Below are positions 52,818-64,000 of a DNA stretch of 64,000 nt, one piece after another. Under the pieces are notes generated by a model that saw only the letters and a list, made by a program, of their open reading frames with translations, searched no databases and was not told the DNA's origin. Position numbers and translations under genes: made by a program. The stretch is from Balanoglossus misakiensis. Taxonomy: Eukaryota; Animalia; Hemichordata. Every line of letters starts with the position of its first letter. The stretch's first letter is position 1. The stretch spans positions 6,474,137 to 6,538,136 of the forward strand of contig CM082595.2 of the NCBI GenBank assembly GCA_040954595.2, given 5' to 3'.

Positions 52818-55800
52818 ATAGTGGTCCAGGGGTGGCATATCACCGGACTCAATCTGTCAGGACTGTGCTCAATGAAGGGGAAGATGATGAAATTGTAAGT
52901 TTGTTGGAGAAGACAGCAAGCTGTTTTGATTATCTGCTATCAAAATCATTTACTAATTAATTCAATTAATTGATTTATTTTTTGATTAATTGATTGATTG
53001 ATTAAAGGGACAAAGTCTCTCTCTCTCGCTGCCCTTTTTTCCATTAATTATGTTTGATACAAGACACTGTTTATGTTAATGTACATGTGGATATATAGTG
53101 AATCAATGATCAACCACACAAAACTTCCATCCAACTTGTATGATATGAGAGTAAAAACACACCCAAAATGAATAAATGGTAAAGAACGATTATTCATTTT
53201 GGCGAGTTTTTTCACTCTCCTGTCTATAAGAGGGATGGAAGTTGTGTGTGGTTGAAAGTTCACTATGTATCCACAAGTAGAATAACAAACGGTGTCTTGT
53301 ATCAAATATAATTAATGGAAAAAAGGGCAGCGAGAGAGAGACTTTGTCCCTTTAATTGATTGATTGATTAAGTAATCCAATTATTTTTATATAATTATTT
53401 TTACTGTAGGAATGTATTGGCTACAAGAGGAGTATTTGCCGCACTGTGCTGTGTTATGTGGGAATGGTATTGACTGTTGGAGTGTTGTGGTTGGTCTTCT
53501 ACTGGCGTAGTGATTGGAAGCTGAAATGTATGGCCTACCAGGTGTGCTTAGATGATGCCACCTGGGTGCTCATCAAGGTGAACTTGCATATTAAATGTAT
53601 TTACATCTGTTGAAGTAATGAAATTTGTTATGGTGTATTGTGAGTATGGGTTACCAGGCAGAGGTCATTACCCTGGGGGAGGGGAGGGGCTTCTCTGATC
53701 CAGTTTTAACCGTAAATAATCCTAGAAGTGGGTAATAATTTCTGGTTGTCCTGCGGCACAGATAAGCAATATACCCCTGTGATATATAACTATGAGCCTG
53801 GCAATTGTCATAGTTTCCTTAAGATCAGGAATTTGTATTCATCTTTTTCTGAAAAAGTGGATTTTTACATGGTATTTTTTCAGGATGGGTACACACAACA
53901 TCATGTTTCGAAAGTCCAAAAAGTGGACGTTAGGAAAGAAAGGTAAAGATGGTTACATTTTTAAAAGTTTTTCACAAGTTTTATTGTAATGTCAGTCTCT
54001 AACAAGGGGCAAGGAAAACAAGTGGACAGTGGCTGAATAATTTGCTGACCCAAATCCTCCACCCCCGAGAAATCAAATGGTTCTCCCCTTGGATGTCACC
54101 ACAACCTGCCACAGAATTAAATATGTCTGTATATTCATTTCGTGTTGACAAGAAACTGAATCCTAGAATAAACAGTTCATCTATTCATTATTTTCATTTC
54201 ATAACAGTGGACTTACAAATGATGAAACCCGAACCATCTTGAGAAGAGATGTATTGGTGGACGGACAGCTTTTGCGATTTTTCAGATACCAAAAATTAAA
54301 GTACATCTGGGACCCAACAGATGGGCTGTTTAGGAAGTTAAGGTAAGTTCCAGAAAATTCACCCTCCAATGCAGACATAAACTGTCAATTAAAGGGGAAA
54401 TCCGGCCTAGCTGATTTCTACATAATTTGGCAGCTTTGAGGTCACTCTTTCAGAATAAAACATGTTCGCCATGTATAAGTTGCGTGAATTTTTACAAAAT
54501 CGAGGGAAAGTTGGCAGAATTTCCAATATGGCGTTTACTGTAATTTGAATCATGGGAAAAAAAGCGCCAGGACCAACTTCCGCCCACCTTGGTGTGGGTG
54601 ATACCATTTTCCGATTGGTGTCACTGGGCGACAGACTAGACGTTTTTGCATAGTTATTGTTTGTACTTTGCATCAGTTGATAAACAATCAGGAGCAAAGT
54701 CGATAATTTGTCATCTTTTGAAAGTTTTAATGAGCTATAACCCATGAAAAATATGAAAATACACTTCTAGAATGTAGTTGAATGGATGATAAAACAAGCT
54801 GAATTATCACACTCTAAATGGGTTTATTTTTTAACTGGCAAATGTATAATATGATGACGTTTCCTTTTTTGCAGGGGATTGGATGAAGGCATGAAAAGCA
54901 TAGATTTTTTTGAAAAGTTTCAAGGTTTCTCAAAAGAAGAACAACAAAGAAGGTAAAAAGAACATATCTATCTTTGTATATTCCTGTGAACTTTTTGAAA
55001 ATAAATTGTGTTGATTTGATTTAACCTTATAAAGAAAATTATCTTACAGCAACTGTTGTACAACAAAATTATGGACAAGACCAAAAAAGGGCAAATCGGT
55101 GATACTTGCTGTAATGATTTTGTATGCTTATTTTCTTTTATCACAGACAATTTTTATTTGGTCAAAATGTCATAACTGTCAGGGTGCGAAGTTATTTTGT
55201 TTTACTTGTTCAAGAGGTAAGTTAAGTAATAATTTGCTATCCACCGTAGGTATGCATGCACACATTTGAATTTCAGGCAAAATCTCAGTAGATACATGGA
55301 TACAACTTTACTCTCCTCCAAGTCACAGATTGGTAAATTTCTTATACTGGTCAAACAAACAAATAGATTCACTTATACAGAACCAGTCTGCCCTAAACTC
55401 TGTTCCATCATTTGATAACCTAAGGAAAGAACTTTCAACTTTTGATACAAAAGTGCTATGAATTGTAGTCAATGCTTTCCGCTGTGACTGTGTTGGGTGA
55501 AATTATGATTTTCACGGCCATATGTAATATAAAGTTTATTTCTTATACATGTAATTCTGTTTAAAGTACATGTACACTCGATAGAGATAATGTTGTTGTA
55601 TTTGTTTCCAGGTGTTGAATCCTTTTTACGTGTTTCAACTGTTTAGCGTCTTGTTGTGGTTTTCGGATGAATACTATTACTATGCTGCCTGCATTGTTAT
55701 CATGTCGGCCGTCTCCATTGCCATATCGTTGATATCAACAAGAAAGGTAAACAGAGATGATGAAGATGTCCACTTTGTTTTTCATATGAACTAACACTAA

Positions 55801-58800
55801 CCTCGAAAAACGACCATTTTATGCGGTTATTATGCATACGCAAACAACTACAAGCAGAGCAGAACAGTTCTGCCATATATGGTCATGGGATTTCCATATA
55901 TGGTCAGGTCGCCTTGAGAAATAATCATATTCAGAGGAGGGGTTTTAACAATTCCATATCTGGTATTAAGGTCATATAACATGACCATGCAGAGACATTA
56001 AATAACTATTCAAATGATATGCAAATTACTCAGCCTCACTCTGATCCTATCTCTCGGGGCGACATCATGTTTTGTTCTGATTGGCGCAAGACGCATCGCA
56101 GCGAACATTCCCACACTAATACCTCAGCACTAACAGAGCTTTGCTTGTGCTTTTGTTTCTGTTCTTGTCCCCTACCCAGACTCTAAATCCATTTTATGTT
56201 TTTCCAGTGTTCAGTGTTTGTGTCTGGTTTGCCGCCGAACACTGTAAAACGGGTTATTTTCACAGGCAATAAATTTTCGCGAAATAACAAGAGCCAAAAA
56301 AAACGTGTAAAAATAAAGTTGCGTAAAATGTTTTTCGGAGATAACGATACAGTTTATAAAATACGAGAACGCGAAAATTAATCCTCGCAAAACAGTTACC
56401 TCTCTTGATATCGCGAAGATTTCCTGTCGCGAAAATAACCCGTTGTACAGTATGCTTCATTCGCTACATGCATACTTATAATGTCTGCTTTTTCTATTGC
56501 AATCTCCGTAGTGTTTTCCCTCAGGGTAAGTAGCATCAGCTTGGCATTGCATCATCCTCGCCCTCAGCCATTTCATCTAAGCATTTGCCTTCACTGCTGG
56601 CCGCACTGCATAATTTCATCATCTTTAAGAGATTTGCTGCATGATTTTATCAGAGTAAGTGTCATTTCATATAAATTTGAACCTGGCATAATTTAGAGAT
56701 GCATTGTCATCATACAGGTTTTAAAGATATCATAGCTTCATGGAGGCAGCCATGATGTTTAAAGATGCATTGTCTCCGTGAAAGTTTAATGATATATCTT
56801 TATTGGCACATGTCAGTTATGTACTAATTTTCAAGATACATCATAGTCATAGAGGTTTAATGATGTGAAAAGTTATAATCGAAGCAGTCATGATGTTTAA
56901 ACGTTGATATCTCTGTTGTTTTTGAAAGCAAAATCTTTACACATGGCCATGTCTATGTCTAAAATGGGCAACTTTTAAATTGTCTGGTTTTCTTTCTATT
57001 TTATTTTATGACTTAATAACAGCAAAGTGTCATGTTACGTGACATGGTTGCATCATCTCATACAGTGGCCGTCAGCAGAGGCACTGATGGTGAGTTTGTC
57101 TCTTGTCTGATTTCACACAATTAACACACAGTTTAATTGGATAAGTCTCTGAGGGTTCATGTGAAATTTAGGCCCATATAATTTACCAGTATTATAATAA
57201 TAAATAATAAATGTCAAGAGTGTTTCATTGTAATCAGCATTTTATCATTAAATTAGGATTATCAGTGGCTAATACTGGTAAATTATAATAATTATAATCA
57301 GTGGCTAATAATATGTAAATTATAATAATTATAATTTACCAGTATTAGCCTCTGATACTCCTAATTTATAGATAAAATGCTGATCACAGTGAACAACTTT
57401 TGACAACAATTCTGCTCTCTTGGAAAATACCATTTTTGACATTAAAACTCATTGAAAATCCCAGAATTTTGAATTGCATGCATAAAGCACATGAACCCTG
57501 AGTTCAGTCAAGGTCAGCTGGAGTTATTTTGTTGTTGTTGATTTTTGTCGGCTAGAACCTGTAATGGTTGACGAAAAGGAGTTGGTGCCTGGTGATGTCT
57601 TGTTAATTCCACCCAATGGGTGCCCTATGACCTGTGATGCAGTCTTGCTGATGGGGAACTGTATTGTCAATGAGAGCATGTTGACAGGTGAGGAGAGAAA
57701 ATAGCCGTTTGGAAATATGTTCTATAGAATTCTACAGCATTCTATAGATATCTGTAGAATTCTATAGCCCATAGAATTTGTATGGAAGTTTATAGAATTT
57801 CTATGAATGTCTGTAGATTTCTATGTAGTTTTGAACCCTATGTCCTTGGAAAAAATATTCTATAGAATTCTATAGCATTCCATAGATATCCATAGAACTC
57901 TATAGCCCATAGAATTTGTATGGAAGTTTATAGAATTTCTATGAATGTCTGTAGATTTCTATGTAGTTTTGAACCGTATGTCTATTGAATTTCATAGAAT
58001 TTTAAAAATGTAATTCTTTACTATCAATCATGTGATCTGGCCATGTGACCTATGGCGTTGTCATTTCCTGATGACAGGCAAGCAATAATTTCTCCCATTC
58101 CAGGCGAATCTGTCCCCATCACCAAAACCCCGCTTCCCAGTTCCGGAGACGAAGCTGATGTCATCTACTGCCCGGAAGAACACAAACGACACACTCTGTT
58201 CTGTGGCACGCAGGTGATACAGACCAGACACTATGGAAGTGAGACGGTCAAAGCTGTGGTCGTCAGAACAGGTGAGAATAATAAAACATCACTAGTACGG
58301 TATATCATGTTTGTGTTAATTTTTCATGAAAAAGGGATTTTGTGCTAAATATATGAAGATAGACACTGGCTTCATGTTTAACGCATATAATCCACTTTTT
58401 GCATACAGTGTGGAAAATTTTCTTTTCACTGGAAATTATTTTTGCTGAAAACTTTTGAATATTACAATTTCATGTGTACAGGAAAAGAGAATTTTAACTT
58501 TGATTTTATATATAATAGCAGAGAAATGAGTCCAGTGAAAATAGTGAAAATAAATTTCTAGTGATGATCAACTATTCTACATTATTATGCCTTGCCCCCT
58601 CACCTAGTCTTTTGCAGTGGTGACTACTTTACTTAAAATTGCATAGGAGATTTTGTGGATTTATAAAAAATATGATATAATGTGATGTCACCATTTCTGT
58701 GCCAGGTTTTAGCACTGCCAAGGGTACACTGGTGAGAGCTATACTGTACCCTAAACCGATGGACATTAAACTCTACAGGGATGCCTTGAAATTCATTTCA

Positions 58801-61800
58801 GTCATGTTTGGAATCGGTAAGTTTATACCCTAAGTAATTAACCTATCTACCTGTCCATCAAATATACACTATGCACCATTATGATGAAGGCATTAATAGC
58901 TTACTGCTGTCTCTCTCATCCCCTGAACTGCTGACAATTGAGGTAGCCCTGAATGACTTGCAGATTCAGAGAGAAACAGACATTACCCTAATGATTGGGC
59001 CAAGAAAAGCACATACCGATAGTTCAGATTACATACTTTCCAAAATAAGGAGTGTTGTTTACTTAGTATTGAGTGATTTGACAGATAAATAATATTGAGA
59101 AATTTGTGTAGCAATGTTTACCACTTGGCAGGTTTTCACTTCAGACTGGCATATTTTGAAAATTCCTCTAATCACAGACTGTTGATTTTTTCTCCTTCAC
59201 AGCTGCTGTTGGTTTTATTTACACAATAATTGTCCTGGCACTGCATGAAGTAAGTGCTAATTCATGTGTTCTACCTTTTGGTGATTGGGTGGTGTTAAAA
59301 GAATGTGGTTGCTTGACTTGCAACAACTCCTGGAAGCGTCTTTTTAACTCTGGAAAATCATGCAAAACTCTTCATTTTATATTATTATTAAACTTTATTT
59401 AAGGAAATGAAAAATCCCATATTTACAAAGATAATAAATAAATACACATAATTTAGAATAAAAAAGTTATTACGTAAAAAAGACAATAATACCATTTAAA
59501 AACTATAATTACAAGTAAACTAAACCTCTGTAAAGTTTAAAATGTGATGAGTAAAATATTGCATCTGAGTTGAGGACTGCTAAAATGAGTCTGTTACAGC
59601 TATTTCTCAGTCGCTCAAAGAATTTATACATCAAGTTTCGCCTAAGCGCCCCAAAGGTTGGAATTGTGTGAGAAACAAACATTGTACAGTGTTTTTTGAG
59701 TGCAGTGTGTGAATTTGATGAATGAACCCCTGGCTGGGCAACTCTCTGATGTTAAAAGCCCTTCTCAACAGTGGGTCAAATCTTTTGTTTCCAATAAACA
59801 GTTACATGCTAACACAAAGGATTTCTTATTTGCCTCGTCCATTTTCTGCCCTGGGATTGAGAAAATGGCCTTTAACTATCTGCTAATTCCCATAGGCAAC
59901 AGTCAAAGACATCATGTTGAAGTCACTTGATATCATCACCATTGCTGTACCACCAGCCCTGCCGGCCGCATTGACCATCGGTATTGTCTATGCACAAAGC
60001 AGACTGAAGAAACAAAACATCTATTGCATTAGTCCTAGCCGTATTAATTTGTGTGGGACACTGGATGTGGTCTGCTTTGATAAAGTGAGTATTGATCGCC
60101 ATAGAATCTGTCTTCTTTTTCCTTCTTTTGCAATAAGTGTAGGAGGGCAAATCTTCCTGAATGGTCCCTATCAACCCTTACAAACATGTTCTATAAAGCT
60201 CGATAGAATTTAATAGAAAAAGGGTCCAACACTACAAGAGATATACATAGAAATTCTCTAGGCTGTATAATTCGATAGACGTTAATTAATATAATTCTTT
60301 TGTAAGGGAATTGTACTCCGCACTGCATTGTACCTTCACATTAATTGTACCTAAAATCACATTAATTGTACCTTCACATTAATTGTGTTGACTGTAAAAT
60401 TTTCATTACAGACAGGTACTCTCACAGAAGATGGTCTGGATCTGATGGGTGTTGTTCCATCAGACAATGCCAGGTAACTTATGCATGTGATGTTATGAAT
60501 CTCTGTAATAGTTTGTGATGCTAATGAAAGAAAGGCCTTGTCATGAGTTTTACCACTTGTGCTATTAATGAGAACGCCGATCTGATCTGTGTTTGTTTTT
60601 CTGACAGATTTGATAGAATGGTGACACACGTCGAACATCTGCCAGTCAACAACTTATTAGTTGCCATGACAACATGCCACTCTTTGACGAGAATTCAAGG
60701 AGAACTGAACGGAGACCCTCTTGATATGAAGATGTTTGATGCAACTAAATGGGTAGGTCAGGTCGCATTCTGAAGTGTCCAATATGCTGCCTCTACCAAA
60801 GTCACATGACTATCATGTGATATACACAGTGAGCATATACCAGGCATTGATTTGTTAAGGAAATCAGAATGGATATCATAGATATCCTGGTATAGTCCAC
60901 TGCAGTCAATCTGGACCATTTAGCAGCCAAAATGAAAATCATGTGACTTCCACATGCTAGTCATCAGCCAATCAGGTAGGGGTTTCCTGCTTGCCTACCA
61001 GCCAGGTTTAAATCAGTTATGTGACAAGCGTGATGAATCAGTCAATCTTTCTTTGATCAAATATACAGATCAGCATGCTTATGAAGCATTTGCTTATAAT
61101 TATTTTTCAATTGTATTGTTTTTTTTCAGACACTGGAGGAGCCCACTCAGACAGACACCACACATTTTGACATGGCAGTGCCAACCATTGTGAAAGCACC
61201 AGGAGCCACACAGAACTACAATGAAACAATGGCAAACAGCAGTACACAACAGGTAAGGACAGTATGTGTATTAACACAACACTACACAGTGGGTAATAAC
61301 ATTACAGTCAAACCCCTGTTAGTGGCCACCCCTATATAGCCAGCCATCACCTCTATATAGTGGTCACTTTGTTACAGTCCCCGTGCAATTCACATGTGTG
61401 TATAAATATATAAAGGTCACCTCTCTATATAAAGACCAGTTCAGGAAAGTCCCTTGACTGGCTACTATAGAGAGGTTTGACTGTATGTGTATTGGTATAG
61501 TACATGACAGATAATAATTGTGTGATTGACAGTTAGCAGTATACAATGGGTGGTAATGAAGATTTTTATGGCTATTTTGCAGTTGGGAACAGAGGTCGGC
61601 ATCGTGCGGCAGTTTCCATTTTCATCGGGTTTGCAGAGGATGAGCGTGATTACTCAAACGCTTGGATCAGATCACATGGATGTGTACAGCAAGGGTGCTC
61701 CCGAAAAGATGGTGTCTCTTTGTTCTACTAAGTCAAGTGAGTCATCATCTATTAAAAATACTATTAAAAGTAATACAGAATCATAAGAAAAAGGATAAAA

Positions 61801-63457
61801 ATTACATACAGTCAAACCCCTGTTAGTGGCCACCCCTATATAGTGGTCACCTCTATATAGTGGCCACTTTGTTACAGTCCCTGTGCAATTCACATGTGTA
61901 TTAATTAACCTCTACATGTATATAAAAGTCACCTCTCTATAAAGGCCAGTTCAGGAAAGTCCCTTGACTGGCTACTATAGACAGGTTTGACTGTATAACA
62001 TGTATTGTACGATCAAGTAGAGATACATGTATGCAATTTAATAAAAAGTACAGATAAATATCCATATGTAGATTATTTGTCGGTATATACATTTAAAATT
62101 AATCCAAAATTTTGGTCATGCCATCAATAATGTAACTTTTTCATACATCTTGCCTATCCTGTCTTTTCCATGATTTTTATAGTTCCGGAAGATTTCCAGG
62201 AGGTGCTCATGAGTTACACCAAGCAAGGTTTCCGGGTCTTGGCCGTAGCATGGAAAGCGATGGATCCATCTGTACAGTGGAATGAGGCATTGAAAATATC
62301 CAGGTACTCATGAAATTAAATTTTCTATCATTATTGTTATTAAGGGACATTAGCTGTAACTTTTGACTATTTTTTATTACTTGTGTTCTGTGTACTAACT
62401 CCAGTTTCCTATGCTTACCCGCACATAATGCTCAAGTGTCCAGTATTCTGATTGTCAACGAAGCCTGCACATGTGAAATGATCATTGTTATTGTTGACAA
62501 TTGAATTCTAGTCCGTACTAGAATACAAACTTTCAACAATAACAATGCAGATTGTACTCATATAGGGCATGTTAATGAACAAAATACTGGGCATTTCATC
62601 AGGGATTCCAACCAGAAACTGTAGTTGATACATAGAACAAACAAAATAAGAAAATGACCAAAAGATACAGCTAATAGATCTTTAATTTAGCCTACGTGGG
62701 TGAACAGATTATTCAAGTCAGCAGAGATACATTCAATGCTCTCTCAATTTTTTTCTGGTCTGTAGAGGAGACGTTGAGAGTGACCTTCACTTCCTGGGAT
62801 TCTTGGTGATGCAGAATAAACTGAAACCGGAGACCACGCCCGTCATCAAAGAACTCACGGCTGCCTCCATCAGAATCATCATGGTTACAGGTAAAACGAG
62901 AAATTGGTGTTTTGAATTGGTGGTGTTCTGTATGAGGAGTTTCTTAACTTTGATGTGCGAGTTCATGCTTTCTGTACATGTGATGTGGTTGTTCTTTGCA
63001 ATTACTTCACAAATTTTCTTGGCCAAGCTCCTTATATATGTGCAAGGTATTACACTCATATACATGTATATAGTCCATGTATACATGTAGTTCAATGCAC
63101 TGGCCTCGTCCATGCATTGCTGTATTTTGTGAATAACCCTAAAAATCATAGCAGGTACTCACTGCTGACCAGGGGCATTGTATGCAGTAAATACATTTAT
63201 TTGTATGAAGTCAAGTCAATATTTTTTTAAATATTGAATATTTTACGAGAAATAAGGCTAATTCTGCTGCTCTGTTTTTGACAGGAGATAACATGTTGAC
63301 AGCTGTCAATGTGGCCAGGAAGTGTTGCATACTGCAACCACATCACAGGGTCATCATGGTGGAGGCACATCCTCCCGATGGAGTCAAGGTGGAAAACATC
63401 ACCTGGACTTTTGCGGAGACGGACTTGCCGCCGACCCCGGACAGTCCTAACCCAGAG
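52818..63457 (+). CDS. ATP13A3: P5B-type P-ATPase (ATP13A2/ATP13A3-like), paralogue 2; 3' end lies beyond the window and the start codon is in an upstream exon
   Basis: Exons in consistent phase: 52818-52894, 53410-53577, 53884-53942, 54208-54342, 54875-54952, 55147-55216, 55612-55746, 57023-57089, 57556-57687, 58104-58271, 58706-58816, 59203-59249, 59896-60084, 60412-60473, 60608-60752, 61130-61252, 61583-61736, 62183-62303, 62766-62890, 63285-63457. Motifs: [47 protein letters not shown]. Most exon lengths match paralogue 1 (168, 70, 135, 67, 111, 47, 189, 154, 121, 125). Confidence 0.93.
53002..53355. mobile_element. Family A palindromic MITE (Kolobok-like) inserted in an (ATTG)n tract
   Basis: ttgattga TTAA AGGGACAAAG ... 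CTTTGTCCCT TTAA ttgattgatt. Confidence 0.88.
56180..56525 (+). pseudogene. Tandem duplicate of the 135-nt TM1-TM2 exon of paralogue 2, interrupted by a MITE (pseudo-exon or former mutually exclusive exon)
   Basis: ccag|ACT CTA AAT CCA TTT TAT... (56180-56239) plus TAT GCT...CTC AGG|gtaagt (56451-56525) gives 135 nt: [45 protein letters not shown], colinear with [45 protein letters not shown] at 55612-55746. The inserted MITE introduces an in-frame TAA. Confidence 0.88.
56240..56452 (+). mobile_element. Family B MITE (variant TIR) inserted in the duplicated exon
   Basis: CTGTAAAACGGGTTATTTTC (56242) ... GAAAATAACCCGTTGTACAG (56450), a 19/20 TIR match, flanked by CA and TA. Confidence 0.87.
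57720..57985. repeat. 138-bp tandem duplication built from ctatagaa-like submotifs
   Basis: ttctatagaattcta(c/t)agcatt...ttttgaacc repeats at a 138-bp offset (57720/57858). Confidence 0.85.
61303..61485. mobile_element. Family C MITE
   Basis: TA CAGTCAAACC ... GGTTTGACTG TA. Confidence 0.85.
61807..61995. mobile_element. Family C MITE
   Basis: TA CAGTCAAACC ... GGTTTGACTG TA; very similar to the 61303 copy. Confidence 0.85.
62340..62685. mobile_element. Older diverged TTAA element; related copies at ~32926-33241 and ~48035-48487
   Basis: TTAAGGGACATTAGCTGTAACTTTT ... AAAAGATACAGCTAATAGATCTTTAA, with internal arms attgttattgttgacaa / ttcaacaataacaat. Confidence 0.55.
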
Positions 63458-64000
63458 GTTGGTTCTCAGTGACACAAAATTGAAACAATACACGTCCTGT
63501 TTCACAAGTCTAGCGCCCTCACACAGGCATCATGAAATTAAACTCAAAGCGAGGCCAATGGGGAAAAGTTGACCAATGACATCAAGGGTGTTTAAATTCA
63601 AAGTCCAAATTCATTATGGGTGCATAGGGCGCTGGACTTATGAAAAGGGTGTGTACTATAGTTTAGACTCTCACAGCCCACGGTTCGCTACAAGGCTCTT
63701 CACTGATGCGCCCTCAACCATAATAGCAAAGGAGAAGCCCCACATGGTGTTGTGTAGCGAACTCATGCAATCAGACTATAAGCCTGCATGGACGGTGAGA
63801 TGGGCTGTGAGAGAGTCTAGAGAATGCTGGACTTATGAAAATCGTGTGTACTGTAGTTCATCCAAGCTCGTTCCCTCATAGTGTTGCATTAGAAATTGCA
63901 ATGAAAGCACAACAACCCAGAGTTGTCTCTGAATAAAGATAATTTTCTAACCAAAAATTAGCAGTGGACACACATACTTTTGAAAGCAAAATTAACCTCA

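Noticed and set aside
56240-56452. MITE acting as a new intron (introner-like) that rescues the duplicated exon
   Set aside because: The MITE ends in CAG directly before the in-frame TAT, but its nearest GT donors (56244 and ~56253) are phase 1, so splicing it out would shift the frame.

Overview
Eukaryotic (metazoan) genomic DNA that is AT-rich, has spliceosomal introns and is full of microsatellites and MITEs. An invertebrate deuterostome such as a hemichordate is plausible, but that is only a guess. I reconstructed three + strand protein-coding genes by hand from splice sites and reading-frame phase. (1) A complete 29-coding-exon P5B-type ATPase (ATP13A2/ATP13A3-like polyamine transporter, about 1212 aa, 10819-32040). 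(2) A small secreted C1q-domain protein with a very short collagen segment (34479-35791). (3) A second, diverged P5B ATPase paralogue, whose conserved exons run from 52818 past the window end, with two candidate alternative ATG-bearing first exons at 38086 and 51577. The most notable observation is a hidden tandem duplicate of the 135-nt TM1-TM2 exon of paralogue 2 (56180-56525). It has altered putative polyamine-contact residues, intact splice sites and a MITE inserted in its middle. Other points of interest are a GC-AG intron in paralogue 1 where paralogue 2 has GT-AG, intron gain/loss between the paralogues, inverted MITE pairs tightly flanking an exon, a MITE family giving rise to a 97-bp tandem array, and nested TTAA elements. 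No autonomous transposase, RNA gene or CRISPR array could be supported, and most ORFs in the supplied track are spurious.
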